A stretch of DNA of 64,000 nucleotides from a virus (taxonomy: Duplodnaviria; Caudoviricetes), in the IMG/VR virus record IMGVR_UViG_3300028171_000090, positions 32,001 through 96,000 of that record; one strand, 5' to 3'. The translations under genes and the position numbers were made by a program. The notes under the pieces were generated by a model. The model saw only the letters and a list, made by a program, of their open reading frames with translations. It was not told the DNA's origin and did not search any database. Of this stretch, positions 17,688 through 27,834 are shown piece after piece; within the stretch, counting starts at the first letter, position 1; each line of letters starts with the position of its first letter.

Positions 17688-18008
17688 ATGAGTCCAGAAC
17701 AAATCGAATACGCATTCGAGAAATTCGGTGGTCCTATTAACATTGACCGATTACATTTAAACAATGGTCGTATGTGGACGCATCGTAAAGGTAACAGATT
17801 AAAAGAATGGAACCATAAATTATCCTTATTAATCTTTGAGGAATTTAAACCAGGTTCAGGAGATGTTATTGATCATGCAATCACGTATGATGCAATTGAT
17901 AGTATCTCATTTGAAACAAAAAGAAAGTATGACCCTGATACAGATCACCGTGATCCGATTGAGAAACATGAAGATCGGGAACCAGGTGTTATCATTCCTG
18001 CGGAATAA
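17688..18008 (+). CDS. Hypothetical protein
   Basis: Start moved to ATG 17688 after GAGGAG. Confidence 0.65.
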   Translation: MSPEQIEYAFEKFGGPINIDRLHLNNGRMWTHRKGNRLKEWNHKLSLLIFEEFKPGSGDVIDHAITYDAIDSISFETKRKYDPDTDHRDPIEKHEDREPGVIIPAE

Positions 18009-18025
18009 ACTTTTATACTGAGTAC

Positions 18026-18037
18026 AACAGTATTATA
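18026..18037 (+). promoter_or_regulatory. Putative AACA-N6-TA promoter
   Basis: AACAGTATTATA in intergenic gap. Confidence 0.4.
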
Positions 18038-18091
18038 GAGGACGTATACTCACCCGAATAGATAGTTGTAAAATTTAACTTAAAATATAAC

Positions 18092-18110
18092 TATACATTA
18101 TAAAGGTGAG
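18092..18110 (+). promoter_or_regulatory. Putative early promoter
   Basis: TATACATTATAAAGGTGAG. Confidence 0.7.
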
Positions 18111-18151
18111 CAACAATAAAATTATATAAGAAACCTTAGGAGGAATTTATT

Positions 18152-18742
18152 ATGAAAAAGAAACACATCGAAATGATCAAAGCTTACGGACGTATGGAGA
18201 GCCAACGTTTATTACAACTGGAAGAAATGAAAGCTACTTGTGACCACCGTGTGGAAAAGAATAACAATCGTACAGCTTCAGCTCTTAAACCAGTTGGTGA
18301 AACTGGCACTATGTTCAAGTGCACAATCTGCCATGAGAAAATTGATCTATCAGAAATCGATGCTAATGAATTAAAAGCAGCAGCACGTTTAATTAAGAAT
18401 GCTATTAATGCAATTAAAGTAACTGAAGAAGATATGCCTTTCGAGCTATTACAACAGTTCGGTGCTGCACAAGTATTATTACAAAAACTTCCAGAGTCTT
18501 ATAACAGCCTGGTTGTAGAACGTCTACATGATGATCCATACCAAAACCAATACAACGCTGGTCAATTCAACCACAATGGTATTGCAAACATGGGTTACAT
18601 GGACCCACGCCTAGGAGCAGCAGTTAGCAATCCATTAATCGCAATGGGTTATGAGCACCAAGGTAAGAAGAATAAAAACAAAGGTAAAGGTAAGAACAAA
18701 AATAAAAACCGTGGTGGTCGTGGATACTACCCACAATACTAA
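18152..18742 (+). CDS. Putative Zn-binding protein with low-complexity N/G/K/Y-rich RGG tail
   Basis: CDH...CTIC; C-terminal GKKNKNKGKGKNKNKNRGGRGYYPQY. Confidence 0.7.
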   Translation: MKKKHIEMIKAYGRMESQRLLQLEEMKATCDHRVEKNNNRTASALKPVGETGTMFKCTICHEKIDLSEIDANELKAAARLIKNAINAIKVTEEDMPFELLQQFGAAQVLLQKLPESYNSLVVERLHDDPYQNQYNAGQFNHNGIANMGYMDPRLGAAVSNPLIAMGYEHQGKKNKNKGKGKNKNKNRGGRGYYPQY

Positions 18743-18759
18743 GAACTCTTAGTATACAT

Positions 18760-18796
18760 AAGAGTATAAGCATTTGCTTATACTCTTTTATTTTTT
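18760..18796 (+). terminator. Intrinsic terminator
   Basis: AAGAGTATAAGC/GCTTATACTCTT plus T-tract. Confidence 0.8.
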
Positions 18797-18826
18797 GTAA
18801 GAATTATTCAAGGAGGAACATAGCAA

Positions 18827-21163
18827 ATGGCTAAAGCATACAATGAAGATTCCATCGAAGTCATAGAGGTCGATGTCGAGCGGATTAAAGAACGCCTTAA
18901 TATGTACATCGGCTATACCAACGCCAAAGCAGTCATCCATTTGATTAAAGAAATTATTCAAAATAGTTTGGATGAAAGTATGGTCGAGGATTCGACTTGT
19001 GATGAGATTACTGTACTATACGATGAAACAACTAAGATCGCTTCTATCATAGATAATGGTCGAGGCATTCCTCATGGAAGTATAGTAAAAGCATTTACAT
19101 ATATTCAATCAAGTGGTAAGTTCAAGAAAGGTAAAGATAGTTCATATAAGTACGCGGCAGGTGAGAACGGTGTCGGTGGTACAGCAACGAACGCTTTATC
19201 AAACTTTATGGAAGTAACTTCATTCCGTAATGGGAAATCATTCAAAGTACGATTCGAGAATGGTTATCCTGTATCAGAAGAATGGGGTAAATGTCCGAAG
19301 AGTAAAACAGGTACAATTGTTACGTTCCAATGTAACGAAGATATCATTGGTAAATACGATGGAGCAATTGGTGGACCTGTAACGGATTTATGTGAGATTC
19401 TAGCTTATCTTGTACGTGGTGTAAAAATCGTATCAGAGATTACACCAAAGAAAGGTAAGAAAGTTATTCGTCATGAATTTAAACCGAAGAATGGTATCGT
19501 TGATTTATTAGCAAAAGCAGCTGGTAAAGATATGATTATGGAACCAGTCTACTTCTATGTGGAAGATGAAGATAAAACTGTTGAGGTTGCATTAACATAC
19601 TCTCCACATGTAGAAGAAAATATTATTAGTTTCGCCAACTACTGTACGACAGTTGACCATGGTACACATGTACAAGGATTCAAGACTGGTCTATCAAACG
19701 TTGTCGGTAAGTTTGTACGCGAAGAAGTATTAAGTAAAACAGAGAAAGACAAATTAAATATCTCTACGGATGATGTGAAGATGGGTCTTGTAGCAATCGT
19801 CAATGCACGACATGTCGAAGCTCATTTCATTGGACAGGTTAAAGAGAAGATTGATAACGAAGACCTGAACCCGTTCGTGAGAAAAGCAACAACAGCAGCT
19901 TTACAGAAATGGTTGAAAGATAAACCAAATGATGCAAAGCGCTTAGGTAAGTACATTAAAGATATTGCAAAGGCACGTTTAGAAACTCAGAAGTTACGTA
20001 AGTCTATTGTTAAGACTGAAATGAATATCTTCAATAGCGAGTTTCCTAAGAACTATAAACCTGCTAAGTTAGATAAAGCAAAAGGTGTTGACTTAGAATT
20101 AATCATCATTGAAGGGGAATCGGCTGGTGGTAGTGCACGTGAAGGTCGTGACGATAACCAAGCATTATTCTACCTGAAAGGTGTATTACCAAATACATAT
20201 GATGCTAAGATTGCAGCAGCACTACAGAATGATGAGATACGCGGTCTAGTCAATGTATTAGGCTGTGGTATCGGTAAGAACTTCGATATTAAGAAATGTA
20301 AGTTCAAACGCATCATAATTATGACAGATGCCGACATCGATGGATACTTCATCACAAGTCTAGCGTCTACATTCTTTACAGTTCATATGCCAGAACTTGT
20401 TATCAATGGTATGGTCTATAAAGTGGTTCCACCACTGTATAAGATTAAAGAACGTAAAGGTGATTTATATCTGAAAGATAATCGTGAGTATTACAATTAT
20501 GTGGATGGTCTTATTGGGAATCAATTAGAGATTGCTGACTTAAAAGGCAAGAAGCTTCCACATGATAAAGTAGCTGAGTTATTATATAATAACCGTCAGT
20601 ACTTACGTACTCTAACAAAACTAGGTAATCGTTTTGCAGTAAATCCTACGTTATTAGAAAACATGGTTTACTACTACGATAAGCCAAGAGAGTTAACGAA
20701 ATATATGAAGACTCTTCCATACTTAAAGTCTGAGAAATTTAAAGATGGAAGTCTTATTATCACAGGTGTATATGATCGTGAGTTCCAGTACTTAAAGCTT
20801 CATGATAAACTGATGAAAAAAGTAGACTCATTATTACATTACATCTATAAAGTAAATGATGGAATGGTTCACTTCAAAGTGAATGGCGAACTAATGACAT
20901 TAGGTCAATTAATGGCTATCGTTAAGAAGTTTGAACCAGAGAATAAGGAACGTTATAAAGGTTTAGGACAGATGTCTCCAGACCAACTATGGGAAACAAC
21001 ATTAGACCCTGAAGAACGTAACTTGATTCAATTGGTATCGGAAGATATCGAGCATGATACAAAACGTTTCGCTGTCTTACATTCGGGTAAGAAAGCAGCA
21101 GCGGAAGAACGTAAGAAATTAATGGCTGCCTTCAAGATTAGTTTCGAGGATATTGATACTTAA
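18827..21163 (+). CDS. gyrB: Type IIA topoisomerase subunit B (GyrB/ParE-like)
   Basis: EIIQNSLDE, DNGRGIP, TOPRIM IIEGESAGGSA, MTDADIDG, RYKGLGQM. Confidence 0.93.
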   Translation: MAKAYNEDSIEVIEVDVERIKERLNMYIGYTNAKAVIHLIKEIIQNSLDESMVEDSTCDEITVLYDETTKIASIIDNGRGIPHGSIVKAFTYIQSSGKFKKGKDSSYKYAAGENGVGGTATNALSNFMEVTSFRNGKSFKVRFENGYPVSEEWGKCPKSKTGTIVTFQCNEDIIGKYDGAIGGPVTDLCEILAYLVRGVKIVSEITPKKGKKVIRHEFKPKNGIVDLLAKAAGKDMIMEPVYFYVEDEDKTVEVALTYSPHVEENIISFANYCTTVDHGTHVQGFKTGLSNVVGKFVREEVLSKTEKDKLNISTDDVKMGLVAIVNARHVEAHFIGQVKEKIDNEDLNPFVRKATTAALQKWLKDKPNDAKRLGKYIKDIAKARLETQKLRKSIVKTEMNIFNSEFPKNYKPAKLDKAKGVDLELIIIEGESAGGSAREGRDDNQALFYLKGVLPNTYDAKIAAALQNDEIRGLVNVLGCGIGKNFDIKKCKFKRIIIMTDADIDGYFITSLASTFFTVHMPELVINGMVYKVVPPLYKIKERKGDLYLKDNREYYNYVDGLIGNQLEIADLKGKKLPHDKVAELLYNNRQYLRTLTKLGNRFAVNPTLLENMVYYYDKPRELTKYMKTLPYLKSEKFKDGSLIITGVYDREFQYLKLHDKLMKKVDSLLHYIYKVNDGMVHFKVNGELMTLGQLMAIVKKFEPENKERYKGLGQMSPDQLWETTLDPEERNLIQLVSEDIEHDTKRFAVLHSGKKAAAEERKKLMAAFKISFEDIDT

Positions 21164-21211
21164 TAGAAGAAGGACAATATAATAAGATACTTGACAGGAG
21201 GAGCCAATAGA

Positions 21212-23656
21212 ATGGTTACAAAAAAGAAAACAAAGAAAACCGATGAAATAAGAGTAGCAAGAGTAAAACGTGTCGAAGAATTTAATATCTTTGATTACAA
21301 TAAAGCTCTGATGATGATATTTAATAAGAACGTCAACTTAGCACGTTCCGTACCCCATGTATTTGATGGGTTAAAAGTAGTAGAACGTCGTGTACTATAC
21401 GCGATGTTCTTTGACCATAAAGGTAAAAAGAAAAAGGTTGCTGAGATTATTGGTACCGTTATTGGTAAGTATCACCCTCATGGTGATTCTTCACCATATG
21501 GTACATTAGTAGGACTAGGGCAACATTGGAACATCTTCCCGCTTATGATTAAACCAGATGGAAACTATGGTTCTCAATATGGTGACACAGCAGCGGCTAT
21601 GCGTTACATTGGAGCACAAATGACAGAGTTTACAGTAGATGCTTACTTCTCTGAATGGAGTAAGACTGTAACAGACTTCAATGAATCCTATACAGGGGAA
21701 TACATTGAACCAGAATATCTACCATCAAAATACCCAATGTTATTCATTAAGAGTATCTTCGGTATTGGTAAAGGTTTAATGACAGGTATTCCACCGTATA
21801 ACTTAATTGAACTATTTGACTTAACAATCAAACTGATTGATAACCCAGATTTAAAGAAAGTATGGTTAGTACCTGATATGCCAAACCGTTGTCTAATTGT
21901 CGATACAGACTTTAAGACAATGTGTGAAACAGGAGAAGGTAAGTTCCGTACTCGTGGTGAACTGATTGTAGAAGATGGGGATTTAATCATTACATCATTA
22001 CCATACGGAGTTTCAATGGACCCATTAGTTGCAAAGATTGTAGAACTTGTTAATGATAAGAAGTTCGAAGGTATTGCAGATATTTATGATGAGTCTCCAA
22101 GAAAAGAGAGAAAGAAAAAAGGGAAAGGTGTAGCTTCAACAGAGCCTGCCAAATTCCGTACTCGTATTAAACTCAAGAAAGGATTCAATCCTGAGAAAGT
22201 GAAAGAAGCGTTGTATCGTTCCACTCCGTTGGAGTCTACACATGTGGTACGATTAGAAGCAACATTCGACTATCAGAACTATCGTTATAGTTTAAAATCA
22301 GGATTGTTAGATTGGATTGAGTTACGTCGTGAAACAAAACGTCGTATCTATGCAAACCAATACTCTACAATTAGTAGACGTATTCATATTCTTGAAACAT
22401 TAATCTCTATCTTATCTAGTAAGGGCGGAGATGCAAAGTTATCCAAACTTGCAAAAGCTTCTCGTAACCGTGGTCAAATGGTTGAGAAGTTAATCAAGGA
22501 CTTTAAGCTTACTGATATCCAAGCAGAAGCAATCGCTGATATGAAAATGTACCAGTTATCAATAGATAACATGGAGTCATTTAAAACAGAGAAGAAAGAC
22601 CTTGAAGCAAAATTAAAAGAAGTTTATGATAAGATGTCAGATGACTCTATCGTAGATGAAGAAATCAAAGCAGAGTTACGTGAAGGGAAAAAGAAATATG
22701 GACGCAAACGTTTATGTGATGTAGTGTCTATTTCTAGTGAACCTCACGTACCAGATACAAACCATACTATCGTTATCACAAAGAAAGGGCTTATTAAGAA
22801 GCTTCCTAACAATGTAGACGGGGTAGGGTTCATCGAACCTAAAGATAAAGCAACTCAGATTATGAAATTGAATAATAAAGAGTCTTTATTGGTATTTGAT
22901 GAAACAGGAAAAGTATATTCAATCGCAGTCAATGATATACCTGAATCAGCATTAGATGAAGCAGGGGTATTATTAAATAGATTAATCGGTATCGGTTCTC
23001 ACCGTATCGTATCTATTCTAAAGAAATATGATGACTGTGATAAGAAAGATGATAAAGGTCCATTCTATGTATTTGCTACAGCAAACGGAATGATTAAACG
23101 TTCTCATTGTGGTAACTACAGTAAAGTAACAAAAGGTGGACTTGTCGGTATTGTATTAAAGAGTACCGATAGACTGGTATCTGTTATTGAGGTGAAAGGT
23201 AATAAAGACATTGTCTTATATACTCGCTCAGGACACGGTATCAGATACAATACAAAAGAAATTCCAGCTACGTTACGTATGAGTTCTGGTGTAATCGGCT
23301 CACGATTAACAGAAGAACAAATGCATGTAACGGGTGGTGTAAAAGGTATGACTCAAATCATGCGAGGAGATAAGTACCTATTCATGTTAACAAACAAAGG
23401 TAATGGTAAGAAATCACCACTGGTTAACTTCACTGATATGAAACGTGGAGATGAGAACGTTCAGTTGTCAGACTTACGTGAAGATGAAATAATCGTGGGA
23501 ATCAAACCTGTCAAAGAAGATGCAATTATTGATGTATTTACTTCTGAGAAGACAGTAGAGATTAACATTACTGATGTACCTGAACTAACTCGTAGAGCGA
23601 AAATGAAAAAGCTTATGGGAGTTCGTAAAGGAGAAAACATTATTGATATAAACTAA
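21212..23656 (+). CDS. gyrA: Type IIA topoisomerase subunit A (GyrA/ParC-like) with C-terminal pinwheel repeats
   Basis: DGLKVVERRVL, YHPHGDSS, AAMRY catalytic Tyr; start moved to ATG 21212 after AGGAGG. Confidence 0.93.
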   Translation: MVTKKKTKKTDEIRVARVKRVEEFNIFDYNKALMMIFNKNVNLARSVPHVFDGLKVVERRVLYAMFFDHKGKKKKVAEIIGTVIGKYHPHGDSSPYGTLVGLGQHWNIFPLMIKPDGNYGSQYGDTAAAMRYIGAQMTEFTVDAYFSEWSKTVTDFNESYTGEYIEPEYLPSKYPMLFIKSIFGIGKGLMTGIPPYNLIELFDLTIKLIDNPDLKKVWLVPDMPNRCLIVDTDFKTMCETGEGKFRTRGELIVEDGDLIITSLPYGVSMDPLVAKIVELVNDKKFEGIADIYDESPRKERKKKGKGVASTEPAKFRTRIKLKKGFNPEKVKEALYRSTPLESTHVVRLEATFDYQNYRYSLKSGLLDWIELRRETKRRIYANQYSTISRRIHILETLISILSSKGGDAKLSKLAKASRNRGQMVEKLIKDFKLTDIQAEAIADMKMYQLSIDNMESFKTEKKDLEAKLKEVYDKMSDDSIVDEEIKAELREGKKKYGRKRLCDVVSISSEPHVPDTNHTIVITKKGLIKKLPNNVDGVGFIEPKDKATQIMKLNNKESLLVFDETGKVYSIAVNDIPESALDEAGVLLNRLIGIGSHRIVSILKKYDDCDKKDDKGPFYVFATANGMIKRSHCGNYSKVTKGGLVGIVLKSTDRLVSVIEVKGNKDIVLYTRSGHGIRYNTKEIPATLRMSSGVIGSRLTEEQMHVTGGVKGMTQIMRGDKYLFMLTNKGNGKKSPLVNFTDMKRGDENVQLSDLREDEIIVGIKPVKEDAIIDVFTSEKTVEINITDVPELTRRAKMKKLMGVRKGENIIDIN

Positions 23657-23694
23657 GAGATGAGGATATCCTCATCTCTTTCTTTTATTTTTTT
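23655..23694 (+). terminator. Terminator formed by a perfect 26-bp palindrome
   Basis: AAGAGATGAGGATATCCTCATCTCTT plus T-tract. Confidence 0.75.
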
Positions 23695-23710
23695 ATAAGG
23701 AGAGGATAGT

Positions 23711-23977
23711 ATGCACATTTATAAGATTACAAATGGTAATGTATGGGATGGAGGATGGGACTATACCTATATATTACATCCTAACGAATTCAGTGAGCAA
23801 GATTTTAAACTTATTTTAGCAAGTGTAATACAGTTTGCTAAGTTAGAAGATAGAACGATAGATGTAAATGAGATTGAGAAGATTTTATGTGAAGACCACG
23901 GATTTATATCATTAGAACGTGGTGTAACACTTAGTCAATCTATCGATAAACGAAAGTGGAATAATGATGAAGAATAA
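23711..23977 (+). CDS. Hypothetical protein (paralog of 25143..25454)
   Basis: ILHPNEFSEQDFK ... LCEDHGF. Confidence 0.65.
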   Translation: MHIYKITNGNVWDGGWDYTYILHPNEFSEQDFKLILASVIQFAKLEDRTIDVNEIEKILCEDHGFISLERGVTLSQSIDKRKWNNDEE

Positions 23978-24000
23978 ATAGTAATAACCATACCCTGAGC

Positions 24001-24019
24001 TATACATTATCTTAGTGGT
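24001..24019 (+). promoter_or_regulatory. Putative early promoter
   Basis: TATACATTATCTTAGTGGT. Confidence 0.6.
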
Positions 24020-24078
24020 ATGATAAAAGAATACCAATAAATTATATAGTATGTAAAACATACTGAGGAGGAACTAGC

Positions 24079-24660
24079 ATGAAAAACTTAGAACAAATTG
24101 TACGAACAATCGCAAGAAACCAGAAAGCATTAATGGGTAAAGATATCGTTTGGGATATCAAAACCTATGATGATATTGAAGGCACTATCTTAGAAGAGAT
24201 GGATAATAATCAAGGGATGGTAGAAATGGAACCTACTGACGGGCAGTTTAACGTTACATTCCATATGCTTACGAATTGCTACCATCACTGTAAAGAAACG
24301 AATAGATTAGAATCATTTGAAAATAGATTTAAAGATTACATAGAAGGACTAGGACTTCAATTAAATGAAGAAGTGTTTACGGTACTTCTATTCCTACATG
24401 AAGTAGGTCATGTACAGTTTGAAAAGACTGTACAAGAGTTTGATATATTACGCGAAGCATTCATGATTAATCAGATTCAAGTACATTCATTATCATTAGG
24501 ATTTGAAGAAAAAGATATGAATGATCTACGTTCCGAAGGGTTAAATGTACCTACATTCTTTAATTCCATTGAATGTCATTGTGATATATATGCAATAAGT
24601 CATTTCCTACCAACTTGGAATTTATTAAAGAATGCTGAACTGGTAGGAGGTAATCAATAA
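24079..24660 (+). CDS. Putative zinc metallopeptidase (HExxH)
   Basis: FLHEVGH and downstream ECHCDIYA. Confidence 0.6.
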   Translation: MKNLEQIVRTIARNQKALMGKDIVWDIKTYDDIEGTILEEMDNNQGMVEMEPTDGQFNVTFHMLTNCYHHCKETNRLESFENRFKDYIEGLGLQLNEEVFTVLLFLHEVGHVQFEKTVQEFDILREAFMINQIQVHSLSLGFEEKDMNDLRSEGLNVPTFFNSIECHCDIYAISHFLPTWNLLKNAELVGGNQ

Positions 24661-25085
24661 TGACTGAATTCTATCAGCAACATCAAGGTCAAACATTGCA
24701 TATACAATATACTACTATAGAGTTAGGATATTCTAATATTGGTCTTATTGTAATATATATTAAAGATAGTCAAGATAAAGTTATATCTAAATCTGTAAAG
24801 ACTTTACATATAGAATTCGTTCCTACAGGTCTTGCTGATAAAAAAGATGTGAAAAAGATTATGCTACATATGGCATCTAAAGGTAATGAGTTCTATGACC
24901 ATCTACAGGCTTGGTTCCTTACAAAAGGTGAGGTTCATGTTATAGATAGACTGGTGCATATTGATAGACGAGTAATGTTACCTAAAATGAGAAAGAAAGC
25001 AAAGAAAGGTATGGGAGGGTGGTCTAAGAGTCACATTGACCATCTACAAATGATGTTAGCTCAGAATGATGAGAACGGTATTTAG
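24660..25085 (+). CDS. Hypothetical protein
   Basis: 141 aa, RBS, TAATG coupling. Confidence 0.7.
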   Translation: MTEFYQQHQGQTLHIQYTTIELGYSNIGLIVIYIKDSQDKVISKSVKTLHIEFVPTGLADKKDVKKIMLHMASKGNEFYDHLQAWFLTKGEVHVIDRLVHIDRRVMLPKMRKKAKKGMGGWSKSHIDHLQMMLAQNDENGI

Positions 25086-25105
25086 TCAACTTCTATAGAT
25101 GATGA

Positions 25106-25117
25106 AACAATTTAATA
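25106..25117 (+). promoter_or_regulatory. Putative AACA-N6-TA promoter
   Basis: AACAATTTAATA. Confidence 0.45.
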
Positions 25118-25142
25118 GACCATATTATAGGAGGAAACTAAA

Positions 25143-25454
25143 ATGAAAAATAATTTACACGCTTACTATATCCATGAAGGATTATCACGTGAGGATGAAC
25201 CTGTAATCTTATTACATGAAGAAAAGTTTACAGAGGAAGAATTTAAAAAGAAATATGATAATCTTCTAGAAGTTAAGAAGATGACTGAAAGTATTACTGG
25301 TGATAAAGTTGAAATGTTGGACTTCATTACAACTACTCTATGTTCCGAGTACGGATTCGTGAACGCTAATGAGAATATTTGTATCACAGTAAATTTAAAT
25401 AAAAATCTGATTGAGAAAAGTCCAAGAGACTCCAAGGAGGAAACAGCAGAATGA
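25143..25454 (+). CDS. Hypothetical protein (paralog of 23711..23977)
   Basis: LLHEEKFTEEEFK ... LCSEYGF. Confidence 0.7.
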   Translation: MKNNLHAYYIHEGLSREDEPVILLHEEKFTEEEFKKKYDNLLEVKKMTESITGDKVEMLDFITTTLCSEYGFVNANENICITVNLNKNLIEKSPRDSKEETAE

Positions 25455-26302
25455 AAAACCTTTTAGAAGTCTCAATAATACAAACAAAAACAGTTAACAA
25501 ATCAACGAAACCTCAAAAAAGAGGTTTCGTTCTTTTAATAGAATCTTTACATGAAGGTAATACTTTCATTAAATATGATTCATTAGATCAGCTTAAATAT
25601 GAGTTATATCATGATGGAATACAGAAGATATTAGCTGATCATAAGCTACATCAATTCTTAGCATTACTGAATGACAATATGGGTCAATACGTGTTGAACG
25701 GAATCGAAACATGTGTTAGAACGGAGATTGTTGATGACCCCGATTTTAATTTTGCAATAAATCTTATAGCTAAACATATTCGTCGAAAGTATCATTTTAA
25801 TATGAATATTGATATAATGGGCGTTGTGATAGCTAATAATATAAGCGATGTATTTATACAGTGCTTAAAAGAAGAACGAATTTTAAGCAAAGATGAAATG
25901 AATAATTTAGTTGACGAATTATATACAAAATACTTTACGAAAGAGGCTAGAAAAATGTTTACTAATAAAAAGACTTATGCAAATGAAATCTTAATTACAG
26001 AAGGAAAAGGGGATATTGACATGACAAACTTGCCATTACAAGGAAAACTAGTAACAGAAATTCCAGGAACTATTCGTTCAGAACGTAATGGTAAGGTATT
26101 CGTGCATAAAGAAACTGATCCAAACGGAATACCGCTTGCAGTAGAATATCCTAACGGACAGGTGTTCATGCCAAATCCAATGCATTATTCAGGAGGAAGA
26201 CAAACACCACCTCCAGTACAATTAACTTCAGATGAAATAGATTTAATGGATGTATCTAATATGTATCCAACTCAAATTAAAGATATTCTTAAAAATAAAT
26301 AA
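25451..26302 (+). CDS. Hypothetical protein
   Basis: 283 aa, RBS. Confidence 0.7.
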   Translation: MKNLLEVSIIQTKTVNKSTKPQKRGFVLLIESLHEGNTFIKYDSLDQLKYELYHDGIQKILADHKLHQFLALLNDNMGQYVLNGIETCVRTEIVDDPDFNFAINLIAKHIRRKYHFNMNIDIMGVVIANNISDVFIQCLKEERILSKDEMNNLVDELYTKYFTKEARKMFTNKKTYANEILITEGKGDIDMTNLPLQGKLVTEIPGTIRSERNGKVFVHKETDPNGIPLAVEYPNGQVFMPNPMHYSGGRQTPPPVQLTSDEIDLMDVSNMYPTQIKDILKNK

Positions 26303-26344
26303 GTATTAAACAAAACCTACTACTATAAAAAGGGAGTAATTAAA

Positions 26345-27283
26345 ATGGCAAAACATGAGACAAATACTAAAAATATGTTAAAAGCATTAAGAGATGTTAG
26401 TGAAAGAAATAATAAGTTATATGGATTAGGTGCAGGTGAGAAACGTTATGTAAAACAGGATATCGGAAATATGGAAGACGTGCATCGAGAGTTTAAGAAA
26501 CCTGAAGAACTTGAAAATGGTACGGGGTATAAAGATGGAGAAGTAATTGATCTTCAAAGAAACGCTTTATTTGATTTAATTGATGGGTTGTGTGATGTAA
26601 TTAAAGACCATGGAGTCCATGATGACTTCGAAGTACCAAGAGGTATCGGTAAAGTTCCATTCATAGATGATATGGAATTTACAGGATTTAACCCTGGTGA
26701 AATAGCATATATTGAACCATTGCACGCGAGCCATTACACTGGAATGAAAACATCACACTTCTATGATATCTATGGGAAAGCTGGTAATTATTCTACGCCT
26801 AGATATGCGCCACGTACAATGTCAGCATACACTATGATGCACCATATTATACATGGTACTGATATGCTTAACTATGATATGGAGATGGACCTTAGAGGTA
26901 GATACCGTCGTATTATAGGGTATGACTTTAACGAAAGTGCTGACTGGAGTTACGAAGCAATTACATTAACAAAGATTCCATTACACTACGTTGCAACATA
27001 TCGTAACTCTCGTATGCTATTCTTATTAACATTAGGCTTTACTACAGCTCTAGCTGACCCAATGTTAAAACGAGTATTCTGGTACAGTATCGAGCATAAT
27101 AGTATCATACCGAAAACGAAATCTGAAGTAGAAAAAGATATGGATAACGTTCGTAATGCATTAAAGCCTAATAAGGTGGTTCCTCAATTAGTTATATGGG
27201 ATTCTATTAGTGCGTATCAGCAACCTAGACCTTTAAGAGGATATTCACATCCTAAGACTAATAAGAAATGGGGAGTTCAATAA
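26345..27283 (+). CDS. Hypothetical protein
   Basis: 312 aa, RBS. Confidence 0.7.
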   Translation: MAKHETNTKNMLKALRDVSERNNKLYGLGAGEKRYVKQDIGNMEDVHREFKKPEELENGTGYKDGEVIDLQRNALFDLIDGLCDVIKDHGVHDDFEVPRGIGKVPFIDDMEFTGFNPGEIAYIEPLHASHYTGMKTSHFYDIYGKAGNYSTPRYAPRTMSAYTMMHHIIHGTDMLNYDMEMDLRGRYRRIIGYDFNESADWSYEAITLTKIPLHYVATYRNSRMLFLLTLGFTTALADPMLKRVFWYSIEHNSIIPKTKSEVEKDMDNVRNALKPNKVVPQLVIWDSISAYQQPRPLRGYSHPKTNKKWGVQ

Positions 27284-27795
27284 TGAGTAATGGATTCAGA
27301 GTAACAGGACCAAATGGGGTAAAATTTGATATACTTAAAGGAAGAAAGAATTTTAATGAAAGAACTGTAACAGTACCGCCCGAATTATTAGGGAAGGTTG
27401 ATCTTTCAATACCTGCTAGTGAGGATGTAGAAAAGTATATGAAGATAACTGTTGACGGAGACCCATTAGCGAGTGCACCGCTAAAGCCTCGTGATCAAGG
27501 TGAGATTCTGCCACCGCGTCAACGTGCATTAAGTGAGGATAATATCGGAACTTCTGATAGAATCGTTTATCCTAGTATTTACGATGTAATTTATAAGAAT
27601 GATCCGAATGTATCTGGATTCACTTATGAGCTTGAACAGCAGGAAGAAATTGATAATGCTAGAGAATTCTTCGATAAAAAATGGAGAGAAGCAAAAGCTA
27701 ATGGGAATGAAATAATGGCTATGATGTACCGTCAAGGTCGTGATTCTTCTTATGGTAAAATGGACACTAAGATCATAAGACGAAGTGTGAGATAA
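27283..27795 (+). CDS. Hypothetical protein
   Basis: Start moved to ATG 27283 (GGGAG RBS, TAATG coupling). Confidence 0.65.
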   Translation: MSNGFRVTGPNGVKFDILKGRKNFNERTVTVPPELLGKVDLSIPASEDVEKYMKITVDGDPLASAPLKPRDQGEILPPRQRALSEDNIGTSDRIVYPSIYDVIYKNDPNVSGFTYELEQQEEIDNAREFFDKKWREAKANGNEIMAMMYRQGRDSSYGKMDTKIIRRSVR

Positions 27796-27834
27796 AAAGA
27801 GAGATACCCAAAAAGGGTATCTCTTATTTTTTTT
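27793..27834. terminator. Bidirectional terminator
   Basis: GAGATACCC-A5-GGGTATCTC with A-tract left and T-tract right. Confidence 0.8.

Noticed and set aside
1444-22120. Poly-lysine patches (1444 tail, 17492 tail, GyrA insert) as a shared signal
   Set aside because: Expected from A-rich codon bias; no common spacing, unlike the EIRVARVKR motif
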